A DNA stretch of 64,000 nucleotides, taken from Eledone cirrhosa. Taxonomy: Eukaryota. The stretch covers positions 180,544,001 to 180,608,000 of the forward strand of contig OZ024741.1 of the NCBI GenBank assembly GCA_964016885.1, written 5' to 3'. Each line of letters begins with the position of its first letter. Within the stretch, counting starts at the first letter, position 1. Made by a program: the position numbers and the translations under genes. The notes below the pieces were generated by a model, which ran no database searches, was not told where the DNA came from, and was given only the letters and a program-made list of their open reading frames with translations. Shown piece by piece: positions 38,571 through 53,600 of the stretch.

Positions 38571-38916
38571 AAGGATTAATACTATCATATCTTGAGCTAA
38601 GTATAATTTTTTAGCCTTATATACCATCATAGAGATTTTGCTCTTTTTTAACAAATTTTATCATGTGATTATCCTTTGTCCATTTGAAATAGAGGATGTC
38701 TCCTATGATTTCAGCATTACTCAGTGTATAAAATCACTATAGTTGTTACTATATTGAATACAACATTGATGTAGAGATAACTTATCTGTAGAAACCACAT
38801 GGAAATTTAATTATAGAAACTGTAAAATTTATGTAGTCTATGTGTGTGTGTAGTATCATCAGCAGCATCATCATCATCATCATTTAATGTCAGCTATTCC
38901 ATATATTTGTATGTAT

Positions 38917-38955
<39 letters not shown>

Positions 38956-38956
<1 letters not shown>

Positions 38957-40340
38957 GAGGTGTGTCAGAAAAGTTCCAGGACTGATGTCACAAAAGATTT
39001 ATTTCAAACCCAAACTTCACACTAAGAGTTTTCTCCTTCAAAGTAATCTCCCTGGAGTATGTAACTGTAATCTTAGCTCTCTGCAGCGATCAAACTTTTT
39101 TCTTAGCTCTCTGCAGCGATCAAACTTTTTTCTTAGCTCTCTGCAGCGATCAAACTTTTTTCTTAGCTCTCTGCAGCGATCAAACTTTTTCTTCATAATT
39201 TTATATACATGTCCTCTGCTTCAGGTCGTCAAGCAATGAGCACAGAGCAACAAACAAACTTGAAGTTTCTGGTACACAGTTGGGGAAAGCTCCGTCAGAA
39301 GCACTGGGATTACTGCAGCAAGTGTATGGAGATGAGATGATGTCATGCTCACGTGTTTTTGAGTGGTGCAAGAGGTTTAAAGAAGGACGCGATGACGTGG
39401 AAGATGACCCCAGGAGTGGAAGGCCCTCAACAACCAGGACTGAGGTCAACGTTGAGCGCGTAAGGCAGATGGGGCATAGCGATCGTCGGCTGACTGTTCA
39501 ACTGATGGCAAATGAGCTGGGCATGAATTGGGACAGCGTCTGGAAGATTCTCACTGAAGATTTGGACATGCGGAAAGTCTGCGCGAAGATGGTGCCAAAA
39601 CTACTGAACGATGACCAGAAGGGTCAACGCATGCAAGTGTGCCAGGACATCCTCGAGCGTCTTGAAACCGAACCAGACTTGTTATGGACAGTCATCACCG
39701 GGTACAACCCGGAAATCAAACGCCAGAGCCTTCAGTGGAAAAGTCCGTCGTCGCCAAGGCCGAAGAAAGCACGACAGTTGAAATCCAAAATCAAGGTCAT
39801 GTTGATCACATTCTTCAATGTGAGGGGGATCGTCCACTGCGAGTTCTTGCCACAGGGCCAGACGATCAACCAACATGTCTACAAAGAGATACTGCAGCGT
39901 TTGCTTCATTCAGTGCGTGAGAAGAGGCGAGAGTTGTAGCAGGACAACTTGTGGCTGCTTCACCATGACAACGTGCCTGCTCACAATGCCCTGAGCATCT
40001 GACAGTTCCTGGCCGAGAAGAACATCGCCGTGCTGGAGCAACCTTCCTACTCCCCCGACCTGGCTCTGTGTGATTTTTTCCTATTCCCCAAGCTCAAGGG
40101 GGGGTCATCAAGGGGACCCATTTTGAAGACGTGGATGACATCAAAAAGGCCGTGACGATGGAACTGCAGAGGATCCCGGAAGAATCCTTCCAGGAGTGCA
40201 TGTAAGTGTGGCAGAAAAGGGTGGAAAAGTGCATTAGACTCCAGGGGGATTACTTTGAAGGAGAAAACTCTTAGTGTGAAGTTTGGGTTTGAAATAAATC
40301 TTTTGTGATTTCAGTCCTGGAACTTTTCTGACACACCTCA
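38956..40340 (+). mobile_element. Mariner DNA transposon, full length but inactive
   Basis: TA|TGAGGTGTGTCAGAAAAGTTCCAGGACTGA ... TCAGTCCTGGAACTTTTCTGACACACCTCA|CA; 1385 bp. Confidence 0.95.
39236..40274 (+). pseudogene. Mariner DD34D transposase pseudogene
   Basis: VFEWCKRFKEGR..DDPRSGRPST, KVCAKMVPKLL, HHDNVPAH and YSPDLALCDFFLFPKLK; the first catalytic Asp region is deleted (VITG-YNPE); stops and frameshifts. Confidence 0.93.
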
Positions 40341-40559
40341 CAATAAGCCGCAAGTTTGCCAATGTTCTGTGATGCAAGGATCAGATGTGAGAGGTGTTCT
40401 GCATTGCAAAGCAGTATGTCAGAGTGAATCAGGATGTTCTTTGCGAAAAGTGTGCTTGAAATGACATCAGTAGACTTAACCTCACCGATGCCCTGTAGAA
40501 AGAGGCTTAGAAACCTTGTCATGACAGGTTGATGCATTTGGAGAATAAATAGAAGGACG

Positions 40560-41520
40560 TGGGATTACCGTCAGGAGACTCAACAAAGGGGCTGGCAATC
40601 GAATTTGACAGCTACAGAGTCAAAATAGCAATCAGGGAGATAAAAAAGTAGAAAAGCTGCTGGACTATCAGAGGTATTCACTGAGATGTGGAAATCATTT
40701 TGGGAAGTAAGAGTCGAGTTTGTCACCTGCACATTTAATCAGGTATATATGATAATATCAGATCCAGTGATTGTCAAAGCAGTAATTGTTAAATGATACG
40801 AGTCAAAGGATGATGCTTTAGACAGGAGCAACTACAGAGGCATGAAACTGATGGATCAAGTTATGAAAGTGACAGAAAGAGTTTGGACAAAACTGATTAG
40901 GGAAAAAGTAAAATTAGATGAAATGCAGTTCCATTTTATGTCAGGAAGGCACATAACAGATGTTCTCTTCTTAGTAAGACAACTACAAGAGAAGTTGCTA
41001 TCTAAGTGTAAACCACTATATCTAGCTTTTGTGGATCTGTATAATGCCATTGACAGAGTTCTATGATCTGTTATTTGGTAGTTTTTAAGGAAATTTATTG
41101 TAGATGAATGATTTGAGAGAGCAGTGCAAGCCATATATAGAGGTTTTGTCAATAAAGTTAAGAGTAGGTACTGAGTTTAGTGAGGAGATCAATGTGTAGG
41201 TAAGTATTTATCAAGGCATGTTCTTCAGCCCCTTTCTATTTATTATAGTTTTTCAGGCTATCAAAAAGTAGTTAAGAACTGGCTGTCCATAGGAAATTCT
41301 GTATGCTGATGATTTGGTTTTTAGAGCCAAATCTGTGGAAGAGCTAGAGAAGAAATTTCTACTGTGGAAACAGAACTAAGAATCCAATGGACTCAGAGTA
41401 AACTTAGCAAAGATCAAAATTTTAATAAGTAGGAAAGAAGTCACAATGTTAATCTTTTTAGGGAAGTGGCCTTGTTCAATATGTAGAAAACAAATAGGGG
41501 GAATCTCTGTATGATGTATC
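40560..41520 (+). mobile_element. Old degenerate RTE LINE RT fragment
   Basis: NYRGMKLMDQVMKV..DEMQFHFMSGR..LVRQLQEK..LYLAFVDL, then ILYADDLV downstream; many stops. Confidence 0.88.
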
Positions 41521-42160
41521 ATTATCATTATCACTGTTTAACATCCAGTTTTCCATGTTAGCTTGGGTTAGATGAGTTGCCATTGTGAGATAAGCAATGT
41601 CTGATGACCATGTCTTGCTCATGCAGGACTGGTTTTGACTTGGCTTCTACGACTGGATGCCCTTCTTAGCACCAACCTTATTTACAGTGTGGGTTGGGGA
41701 CTTGGGTGGAGGGGATTGGGGAGGTATATCTAGTGGCATGAGTGAGGGCTGGAGTGTTCAAGTGTGGATGGAGTGTTAGGACATGGGAGGTGCAAGAAGG
41801 GTGTTAGGGTGTGAAGGTGTATGGAAGGGGGAAGGGGAAGGTAATGCATACAAAATGTATGCTTTAACCTGTGCACATGGAATGGGGGTGGGTCTTCTGT
41901 ATTACTGCATAATACCAGAGATCTCGATCCTGTGTCATTGTTTTCGAGAGGAGCAATTGTGCAAGGTCTGCTTTTATCACCTCATCCCAAGTCTTCCTAG
42001 ATCTTCCTATATCATAGCTTCTATTAACCTTTAGCCCCCTGCACCTTTTTATACAGCTGTCATCCTTCATATGCATCACATGTCCATACCAGCGCAGTCT
42101 CCTTTCCTGCTCACTGCATCTGATTCCTCTTATACCCAGTTTCTCTCTCAGTTCATTTCA
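41520..42160 (-). mobile_element. RTE 3' end with composite 3' UTR
   Basis: MMHMKDDSCIKRC..GRSRKTWDEVIKADL..DRDLWYYAVIQKT; the UTR is homologous to 14221-14600. Confidence 0.85.
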
Positions 42161-44844
42161 TGTACACAATGAAAACCTGGGCAGAAGTGGTGAGAGTAGA
42201 TCTCAAAACACTGAAGGTGACAGAGGAAATGACAAACGAATTCAGTAGGTGGAAGGAAGCTATACTGGAACAAATCTGTTCAACTTTTGCAAATATGGAA
42301 AAGCATACATAAAAGAACTATGATAATTCATTTTATCTTCAAATTTTTATTAGTGGTACAATATCAATATAAAAATGTGGAGTATCAGATAAAATCACCA
42401 TGAAGCATATAATCTGAGAAAATGTTTAGATTCATCTATCTCCAAGAAAATGAAAATCATTTCTTATTTATATTCATGAGATGAGAATTTAAGGATGCTG
42501 CCATATCTACATATATACACATATGCATTTGTAGAACAGTTTTTCTTTCAAACATCTTGGGTAAAATACACGACTGTGATTTAATTTTACCTTTTTCTAT
42601 CAAAGAGCATGAGCTTTCTGTGGTTTGCATGAGGAAAACTGATGCAGCAAACAAAAAGAAAACCTCCATGGAAGTAATAAGACATGCACATACTGATCCA
42701 CAGATTCATATATGTATATATATATAGATTACGAAAGTCACTGAATTTATTTTAGTGAACTCCAGATATAGCTCACACACTCAATGAGATAATGTGTTCA
42801 GTTGATTATTGCACAATGCATTACAGAACAGACACATAGTTAACGAGTTTTATGGCAGTGTTCAGGTATTGGTTACAATGAATCAATCCCTTGGACTGAA
42901 TTCCGTTTTATTATAATCTTCCGCCTATTACAGTTATTAAATGTACTAAATACAGAGGATTGAGCAATATCAGTAAATGTTACTCAATCTGGGCAGATTA
43001 CAACTCTTCAGCAAGGTGCCCGTGCAACAACATATCAGTCTTTAAAATGTCCATCACTAGTGAGTCTGCTAGCTTCCTAATTCTAGCAGTTCACTGCCAT
43101 GCTGGCACGTGACCTCAAAAATTGAGGAAGATGGCTGTGAAAAGAAAACTCTGCCAACTAAGAACTCAACCATTCATTTTCAAACATATATATATATATA
43201 TAGAAATACATAGACATATGTAATGGATGATTTGCAAATAAAATTGAACAATCAACATTCAAAATATAATTGATATATAAAAAAAGTATAGAAAACATCA
43301 AACCTTATACAGAAGACAAATTCAATCCACGGATGGGAATAGATAATTATATATATATATCCCCCCCCCCTCTCTCCAATTCCCCTTAGCTAATTTGTTT
43401 TACACACTTCTTTGTTTCATTGCTTTTTATTTTTAGTGTAAAGCATCTTGGGTTGTATGTCACATTTTTTTCCCTTTTATTTGTGTATTTAGTTGAAAAG
43501 ATACACTCTATTCAATTTTGCAATAGTTTGTCATCTTATTTTGTAATGTCGTAATCCTGTGTGCACTAGAGGGATAAGACTAACGTTAAAGTTCAGAAAT
43601 CATAGTGCTCTCTAATAGTTAGCTGATGAAAAGTGATATGTCTGTTTTTGTCTATTGACCATCATTGTGTGTGCTCATATTTTGAATCAGATATGCACAT
43701 TCTCTAGTTAACTCAACTGGATGATTAGAAATTTGTTTTCATTGATCCAGAATTGATGAAAGTAAATTTGAAGCAGTTAAAAACGAAACGAAGAATCTCA
43801 AATAAATAAAACAAGGCCTTTAGTCTCCCAAACTACTTTTTCTAACGCCTCACCTCTCAGAGAAATAAAATTATTTTGGATGTTTATTTAAAGTAATTTA
43901 TAAAAGAGCAGGCATGAAGTCTACTGCAACTCTTAAACTTGAGGAAACTCTTATATCCGTTACATACCACTTGCTGATTTGGTGCCACGAAGACTGCACT
44001 TCAAAGTTAAGTTAGAAAACAAGGCAATGTTTTTTTTTATGTCAATTTGTCCCTCATAGTCTAGTGATTAGGGTTTTAGGCTCATGATTGTAAGGCTGTG
44101 GGTTTGATTTCCTAGACCAGACATTTTATTTTATGCTGATCCAGTCAACTCAGGGGAAAACAAGAATAAAGATAACTGCAGGAGGAGAGTCAAACCATTT
44201 TGACAGGCTTTTAATTTTATTAAAACTATTATATGCCATAGGTTTCTGAAAAGGTATCTTATACGTTAAAAATGAATTATGTTAAAAATCAAACTGAAAT
44301 GTTTGAAGAGATGCCTAATCATATTCTACCATCTATTTATCTGGCATCTTTGTGAGAAATAAATGAAATCATAGGGAAGGGGAAGCAGTTTTTCTATGTC
44401 TGGTGACTATGCTGAAAGAAGTTGTGTGTTGGGCAAGACTGAAAGGACTGGAGACAAACACATTACTCTTTGGTCAAGATCTCACCAACATTCTTTGAGG
44501 TTTCACTCAGAAAGGAAAGTGAGGATGGACAGGGGAGGGGATGCTCTCTTTCAGTAAATTTACTAAAAGGTGGGTGAAAGTAAGGGAAAGGGCAAGAGTG
44601 AATGAGTCTACTCTCAGCTTGTGCTTGTAGATCAAACAATGACAGTTGGGAGAAGATGCTTGCCCTTGATGGTCAGAGGGATAGTGGATCTGTGGCCTTA
44701 GGTATTCAGCTTTCTTTACCAGGAGGATGAATGTTTAACTTGTATGCTGTGTATATTTTCTCATTTTCTCATTTTTATGTAAACCTCCACCTTATTGTAA
44801 CGTGTCTTTGTAATGTCACCTTCATTGTGGCAAATAAAAGAAAA

Positions 44845-45995
44845 TATTATTATTATTAATAACACTTTTGCTCTGGCAGATGTTATAGCGACATTATATC
44901 AAAAGAACGAGCCATAGCCAATGGCAAAAGGTACTTTAGGTCATTCCTCCTCCTACAACTTTCTAACACACACCTTAGAATCCTTGCTGTTTTCTGTGAC
45001 AATCTCATCCTGATGGTAATTCCTAGCTTCTCAAGCCATGCATACCTTTTACTTACTGCTCCCAGTGGGCCAACCACTACCACTTCTACATGACTGATTC
45101 TCTATAGTTTCCTGATTTCTCTCTTCAGCTCCTGGTATTTCTCAACTTTCTTTCTCATTCACCTTGTGCTTCTACGATGAAGCAATATCCACAATACGTG
45201 CCTTGTTATGATCTGAGTTCAAATCCCACAGAGGTTAACTTTGCCTTTCATCCTAACGGGGTTGACAAAATAAAGTACCAGTAATACACTGGGATAATTG
45301 CTGGCCTTGTGCCAAAAGTAGAAACAATTATTATTATTATTATTATTATTATTTCTTCATACTTAGTTTGATCTTCTGTTGACAAAATTACCTTGCAGAA
45401 GTGGGTCATAACAAATGACCAAGGATCTTGCAGTTCCTCATCAACCACTACATCTGTAGTACCTTCTCAAAATTATGGCTGTCCCCAGGAGCACAGTCTT
45501 TTGCAGCAACCCAGTTCATTTTTCAACACCAATCTTTGAAATCCAATTTATCATCTTCTTTGTCATGATACCAAGAGTGCCAACAACTACTGGAATGATC
45601 TTCACTCTATTCAATTTTCAAACTTGCTTAATTTCATGTTTCAGGGTTGATTTTTTTTTGTCCTTTTCATCCTCTTTCTCTCCTACCTTATCATCTCTAG
45701 GTATTGCTTTGTTATTCAAGAGACAATGTTTTTTTTTTTATTGTCTATCAGTAGCAGATCCAGACTTCTTGCTGTAATTTTCTCATTACATTGTTTATTG
45801 AAGTTCCATAAAAGCTTCACACTTTGATTTTCCAGCATGGCCTTAAGTTTGTGTTCATACCATTTTGGGGATCTCTCCAGTCCAAACTTTCCACACAGTT
45901 CCCAATGTGTAATTTATGCAGCATTTTTGTGTATATGCTTGTATTCCTTTGTGCCAATATACTATATGTGCTAACTTTGTGGGTCACTGTTTCTC
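44845..45995 (-). mobile_element. Two R4/Dong-clade LINE 3' fragments (44845-45200, 45350-45995) in (TAA)n, with a partial SINE between them
   Basis: Peptides ETVTHKVS..LAQ, KIIPVVVGTLG..LLQKTVLLGTA and VVVGPLGAVSK..QKTARILRCVLE; (ATT)n at the junctions. Confidence 0.8.
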
Positions 45996-46016
45996 TTATT
46001 ATTATTATTATTATTA

Positions 46017-46586
46017 GGCGGTGGATTGGCAGTATCGGTAGAGGGTCAGACGCCATGCTTTCCAGCATAGTTACATCCCTTTACGATCTGAGTTAAAATC
46101 CCGCCGAGGTTGACCTTGCCTTTCATCCTTATGGGGTCGATAAAATAAAGTACCAGTAATGCACTGGGTAATTGCTGGCCTTGTGCCTAAAGTAGAAACA
46201 ATTATTATTATTATTAGGGAAGTGGATTAGCAGTATCAGTAGAGCATCAGGTACCATGCTTTGCGGCATAGTTATGGCCCTTTGCGTTCTGAAGCCTTTC
46301 ATCCTTACAGGGTTGATAAAATAAAACACCACTAATGCACTTAGGTAATTGCTGGTCTTGTGCCAAAAGTAGAAACAGTTATTAATATTATTATTACTAG
46401 TGCATGAGATAAAATGCTTTGTGGCATTATTCTGATTTTTTCCAACCCGAGTTCAAATCCTGCTGAGATCAACTTTGCCTTACATCCTTCTTGGGTTGCA
46501 AGAATAAAATATCAGTGAAGCACTTGACTCGGTGTAATTGACTTTCCCCTCCATCAAGCTGCTGGCCTTGTGCCTAAATTAGAAAC
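46017..46586 (+). mobile_element. Three head-to-tail OK/OR-like SINEs separated by (ATT)n
   Basis: Copies at ~46017-46200, ~46216-46378 and ~46400-46586. Confidence 0.85.
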
Positions 46587-46839
46587 CTAGGATTTTCTTT
46601 TAGTAGGACGCATGCTTATTTTTATCCCTATTAAGATGTATATTTATATTTTGCTAGATTAAAAACAGAATTTAGCAGTTATTTATATAATCAGTACAAC
46701 CCACCACAGTATGCTCTGTTATTTTGACTTATTTGTAAACTTTCTTTTTCTCCTACTGTTCTTGCCATTATGGGGGTTGTTATAAAGAAAATTTGCACGC
46801 ACGCACGCGCACACCCACATATATATATATATTGTGTAG

Positions 46840-47110
46840 AGGCATGTGGCCTAGTGGTAAGGGTGTTGGACTTATGATCATAATGTTGTGCGTTTGATTC
46901 CTGGGTTGCATGTTGTGTTCTTGAGCAAAACACTTCATTTCACGTTGCTCCAGTATACTCAGCTGAAAATGAGTACCAGCAATAGTTGGGGGTTTAACCC
47001 TGTGATGGACTGGTGTCCTGTCCAGAGGGAAGTCTTGTACTCTGTCACTTCACGCCATGAAACTGGGATAAGCACCAGCCAAATGAGCCTTCTGGCTTAA
47101 GACAGACTTT
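46840..47110 (+). mobile_element. tRNA-derived SINE (second family head)
   Basis: TGGCCTAGTGGTAAGGG box and GTGTTCTTGAGCAAAACACTT..TTGCTCCAGT..ACTCAGCTG body; relatives at ~13415, 35407, 44050 and 61090. Confidence 0.7.
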
Positions 47111-47629
47111 AGACTTTATATATATATAAGTAAAAAGGAAAAGAAAATGCTGACAAATTTTTCCCAGTGAAAATAATTTAATTAGGAATAAGTATAAATT
47201 AGTAATAAGTATTAGTTAGTATTCAGTTTTAGTTTAAAGTTTTTACCGGTTGCGTATTTCTTATGCTTTTCAAACATATATTGAGATAGAGTGCTCATGA
47301 TTTTTGCTCTAATCTGATCAGTTTTGGAAATTCTTCCTGTTTTATGTGAAAAAAGTGGCTTGGGAGGTATTAAGTTTTCAAATGGCAATTTATTTGAATC
47401 CTTTACAATTCTTTCTGTGTGTAAGATAAAATGTATTTCCTTATTTCAAAACTTCCTTGGAGATACCATATATTTTTTTCCTTGGTAACTACCTTGGAGA
47501 ATATCCCTATATTGGACTTGAACAGTTTTGCTTCTGTGCGCTGGATGGGTTCTTATAAACTTCATTGGAAGGCAGATTCCTGACACATTTGTGTATTCAT
47601 AGTGAGCATCCTTAGTATACATATATATT

Positions 47630-48605
47630 AATGAGCTGGTTTTTATAGCTGAACCTGTGGAAGAGCTTGTGAAGGAATTCCTGCCATGGAAACAGAACTT
47701 AGAATCAAAATCACTCAGAGTAAACCTAGCAAAGACCAAAGTTTTAGTAAGTAGGAAAGAGGACAAAAGTATGATTCTATCAAGGTAGTGGCCGTGTTCA
47801 ATATGTAGACAAGGAGTAAATAGGAACTCTATATGGTGTACACAATGTAAAGAATGGTTACACGAGAGGTGTAGTGGGATTGTAGGCGCAGACTAACTGA
47901 AAAGGTTGAGTTTATATGTGGGAGATGTACAGGAAAAGTGGATAGTAAGAGTAGCAGTGAAATAAACATTTTCTAATCTCAAGAAGATACCACAGTAGTA
48001 GCTTCTGTTACTTAGGTGACCTAATTAACTATGGAGGAGGTTGCTCTGAAAGTATAGTAGTTAGAATAAGAAGAGGATGGAAACAGTTCAGGGAGCTATT
48101 ACCTCTGTTGACTACAAAGTGATTTTCTCTCTGTGCAAAGTGTAGATTGTATGATGTGTGCATGAGAAGTGCAATATTGTATGACATTGAGGCATGGGCA
48201 GTGAATGCAGAGAATAATGGGAGGATGGAGAGGAATGAAGCAAGCATGCTCTGTTGGATGCGTAATGTTAGTGTGCATGAATGATGGGGTGTGATTGAAA
48301 TGAGAGAAAAATAGATATAAGAGGAATCATGTTGTGTGCAAGAAAGACGACTGCACTAGTAAGGACATGTGATGCATATGGATGATGGTCACTGGGTGAA
48401 GAAATGCCAAGAGATGCCAGAAGAAGGAATCTGCATTAGAGGAAGACCAAGGAAAACCTGGGCTGAGGTGATTAGAGTCTATCCTTTAACACTGTATTTA
48501 ACAGAGGAGATGACAAAGGAATGCTATAAGTTGATGTAGGCTGTGCTGAAGAGGACCCATCCAACCCATGCTAGCATGGAAAAGTGGATATAAAATGATG
48601 ATGAT
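47630..48605 (+). mobile_element. Degenerate RTE LINE 3' portion with simple tail
   Basis: LRVNLAKTKVLVSRK, GGGCSESIVVRIRRGWKQFRELLPLL and GRPRKTWAEV; ends CCAACCCATGCTAGCATGGAAAAGTGGATATAAAATGATGATG. Confidence 0.88.
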
Positions 48606-50629
48606 TAATATTACTTATGATAATTTATAGGTTGGATTTAAAATTGGTAAGAGCTACATCTGGAATTATTCCCATTCTTATATTCAAATATTCTAAATTT
48701 TGGGTTGTGTGTGTGTGTGTGCATGAAAAGTTAAGCTCATGTAAAGTTTGAGGTTGTGGCGGTAGTCGTGGTGATGATGATATTGTCGGATGTGGTAAAG
48801 GTGGTGGTGTTGATGGTGGGGTGATGGTGGCAGAAGTGGTTGGGGTGGCGTTGTCGGTGACTGTATTAGTGTAGATGGTGCTATAGGTGGTGTAGGCAGT
48901 GATGGTTGTGTTGGTGATGTTGGTAGTATTAGAAGCAGTAGCAGTGGGGATGGTGATGGTGTAGGTGGTGTTAGTTGTGGGGGCAATAAGAATAAGTGTT
49001 TTGAAGACATCGACTTTGGAGAAATTCTATTTATTTATTCAATTTGTTTTTTCTTGTTTATATTTTATATTTTCTTCCTTTTAAAAAAAAACCAAAAACA
49101 TCTGAACTTTATTATTAGAATAGTTTCCACTGATGCATGAATTCATTGTGAGGGATAATCATAATAAAAAATCTTCTGGTTTCTCTGAATATATCATATA
49201 TGATGTGTGTTTGTGTGTGATTGTGTTTGACTATGTGAAAGTGTGTATTTTGTATGAGTGTATATGTATATGTGTGTGTTTGTGTGAGTATCAGCGTGTG
49301 AGTGTGTGTGTGTGTATGTGTTTGTGTCGGTGTGTGTGTATTTACGTGTCTGTTTGTGAGTATTCAGATGTGTATATGTGTGTTTTGTTTGTGTTTATGT
49401 TTGTGTGCATGTGTGTGTATCTGTTTATGTGTGCTTGTGTGTGTTTGTGAGTGTTTGGGTGTATGTTGTTTTGTATGTATGTGTGTGTGTTTGCATTTAC
49501 TCCCAGCTGTTTACAATTTCTGAACAGAGGGTCCTACTCTTTCCTTTTTACATTGGTTTTCAAGAGAGGTTGTCATGTGTTTGGCAAGATTTTAATCTTG
49601 CCAACCACTTGCTTCTTTACAGAATGTACTAGGTGCAGCTTATTGTGACACCAACACTAGACATGTTAGCTTGCCCTTTATGAGACTAATGTGTCCTCTC
49701 TACTCCAACATCCTTAAAATTCCTTAAAATTCCCAAGAAAGAAATCCTTATTAGAAATTGTTTTGTTAGTGATAAATTATTAGAAAACTGAGTGTCGTTG
49801 TTGTTTAGTCCCATTCAGCCCTGATTCAGCAGACCTATATAACTGAAAGCATTTCAGTCATGACCATCTCATCTTTTGTTCAGACATAGTGTCTCTAGGA
49901 ATACCTAACAATTCAAAATTCAATGGTTTTTTTTTTTCATTTTAAGGTTATGACAATTTGAGGGGAAATTTGGTTACTATTTTGAGCAGGTTGGGTTAAA
50001 AAGTAGCTACATATATTAGAGGTTATGTTGTAGTGAAAGCTATGCATGTCACATCTCGCATTCCTTCTCTTGTAAGGTAAAGAATAAAAAATCAAAATTT
50101 TCATAACAGTATGAAAGAAAATAAATCTTGATTGTTAAGAACCTTTTAGTTCACAAGCTGTTAGGACTAAGTCTGAGCCAGAACATTGATATTCTATGGT
50201 AACACATGGTGCCAGCTCCTTGTATGTTGAAAAACACTTCATAGTTCTGTTTATGTCTTCAGTGTAATTTATATATGGATGCTTTTTATTTCTTTGTAAT
50301 GTTTTGTTAATTAGCTAAGTGGTGGAAATATAAAAAAAATATATATATATATATCAAAATAAAAAGAAGACAGTCTTGATTTATGACAATTGTTGAAATG
50401 AAATGCAACTTAACTTGCAGCCGCCATTGTCAAACAAATCATTATCATCATCATTGTCTTCATTGTTGTTGTTATTATTGTGTCATTGTTGTTATCATCA
50501 ACATCAATGCCATAATCATTGTAATAAATACCAGCATCATAACCACCAACACCTTTATCATCATGACTGTCAACATCACCACCATCTACATCTTCATCAT
50601 TGTTGACATCATCATCGTCAACATCATCA

Positions 50630-53600
50630 TCATAATCACCACCACCACTATCATCATAACCACCACCACCACCACCACTATCATCATAATAACCACCACC
50701 ACTATCATCATCATAATCACCACCACCACCACTATCATCATCATAATAACCGCCACCACCACTACCCTCATCATAATAACCACCACCACCACCACTATCA
50801 TCATCATAATAACCACCACCACCACTACCATCATCATAATAACCACCACCACCACCACTATCATCATAATAACCACCACCACCACCACTACCATCATCAT
50901 AATAACCACCACCACCACCACTATCATCATAATAACCACCACCACCACCACTATCATCATAATAACCACCACCACCACCACTATCATCATAATAACCACC
51001 ACCACCACCACCACTATCATCATAATAACCACCACCACCACCACTATCATCATAATAACCACCACCACCACCACTATCATCATCATAATAACCACCACCA
51101 CCACTATCATCATCATAATAACCACCACCACCACCACTATCATCATAATAACCACCACCACCACCACTATCATCATCATAATAACCACCACCACCACTAC
51201 CATCATCATAATAACCACCACCACCACTACCATCATCATAATAACCACCACCACCACCACTATCATCATAATAACCACCACCACCACCACTACCATCATA
51301 ATAACCACCACCACCACCACTATCATCATAATAACCACCACCACCACCACTACCATCATAATAACCACCACCACCACCACTATCATCATCATAATAACCA
51401 CCACCACCACCACTATCATCATAATAACCACCACCACCACCACTATCATCATAATCACCACCACCACCACCACTATCATCATAATAACCACCACCACCAC
51501 CACTATCATCATAATAACCACCACCACCACCACTATCATCATAATAACCACCACCACCACCACTATCATCATCATAATAACCACCACCACCACTACCATC
51601 ATCATAATAACCACCACCACCACCACTATCATCATTATAATCACCACCACTACCATCATCATAATAACCACCACCACCACCACTATCATCATAATAACCA
51701 CCACCACCACCACTATCATCATAATAACCACCACCACCACCACTATCATCATAATAACCACCACCACCACCACTATCATCATAATAACCACCACCACCAC
51801 CACTATCATCATAATAACCACCACCACCACCACTATCATCATAATAACCACCACCACCACCACTATCATCATAATAACCACCACCACCACCACTATCATC
51901 ATCATAATAACCACCACCACCACTATCATCATCATAATAACCACCACCACCACTACCATCATCATAATAACCACCACCACCACCACCATCATCATCATAA
52001 TCACCACCACTACTATCATCATCATAATCACCACCACCACCACCACTATCATCATAATAACCACCACCACCACCACTATCATCATAATCACCACCACCAC
52101 CACCACTATCATCATAATAACCACCACCACCACCACTATCATCATCATAATAACCACCACCACCACTACCATCATCATAATAACCACCACCACCACCACT
52201 ATCATCATCATAACCACCACCACCACCACCACTATCATCATAATCACCACCACCACCACCACTATCATCATAATAACCACCACCACCACCACTATCATCA
52301 TCATAATAACCACCACCACCACTACCATCATCATAATAACCACCACCACTACCATCATCATAATAACCACCACCACCACCACTATCATCATCATAACCAC
52401 CACCACCACTATCATCATCATAATCACCACCACCACCACCACTATCATCATCATAATCACCACCACCACCACCACTATCATCATAATAACCACCACCACC
52501 ACCACTATCATCATTATAATCACCACCACCACCATCATCATAATAACCACCACCACCACTACTATCATCATAATAACCGCCACCACCACCACCATCATCA
52601 TAATAACCACCACCACCACCACTATCATCATAATAACCACCACCACTATCATCATAATAACCACCACCACTATCATCATCATAATAACCACCACCACCAC
52701 TACTATCATCATAATAACCGCCACCACCACCACCATCATCATAATAACCACCACCACCACCACTATCATCATAATAACCACCACCACCACCACTATCATC
52801 ATAATCACCACCACCACCATCATCATCATAATCACCACCACCACCACTACTATCATCATAATAACCACCACCACCACTATCATCATCATAATAATCACCA
52901 CCACCACTATCATCATCATAATAACCACCACCACCACTATCATCATAATAACCACCACCACCACCACTATCATCATAATAACCACCACCACCACTACTAT
53001 CATCATAATAACCACCACCACCACCACTATCATCATAATAACCACCACCACCACCACTATCATCATAATAACCACCACCACCACCACTATCATCATAATA
53101 ACCACCACCACCACCACTATCATCATAATAACCACCACCACCACTACCATCATCATAATAACCACCACCACCACCACCACCACCATCATCATCATAATCA
53201 CCACCACTACTATCATCATCATAATAACCACCACCACCACTATCATCATCATAATAATCACCACCACCACTACCATCATCATAATAACCACCACCACCAC
53301 CACTATCATCATAATAACCACCACCACCACCACTATCATCATAATAACCACCACCACCACCACTATCATCATAATAACCACCACCACCACCACTATCATC
53401 ATCATAATAACCACCACCACCACTATCATCATCATAATAATCACCACCACCACTACCATCATCATAATAACCACCACCACCACCACCACTATCATCATAA
53501 TAACCACCACCACCACCACTATCATCATAATAACCACCACCACCACCACTATCATCATAATAACCACCACCACCACCACTATCATCATCATAATAACCAC

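Noticed and set aside
39070-39190. 30-bp direct repeats suggestive of a CRISPR array
   Set aside because: No spacers, eukaryotic context, inside a mariner element
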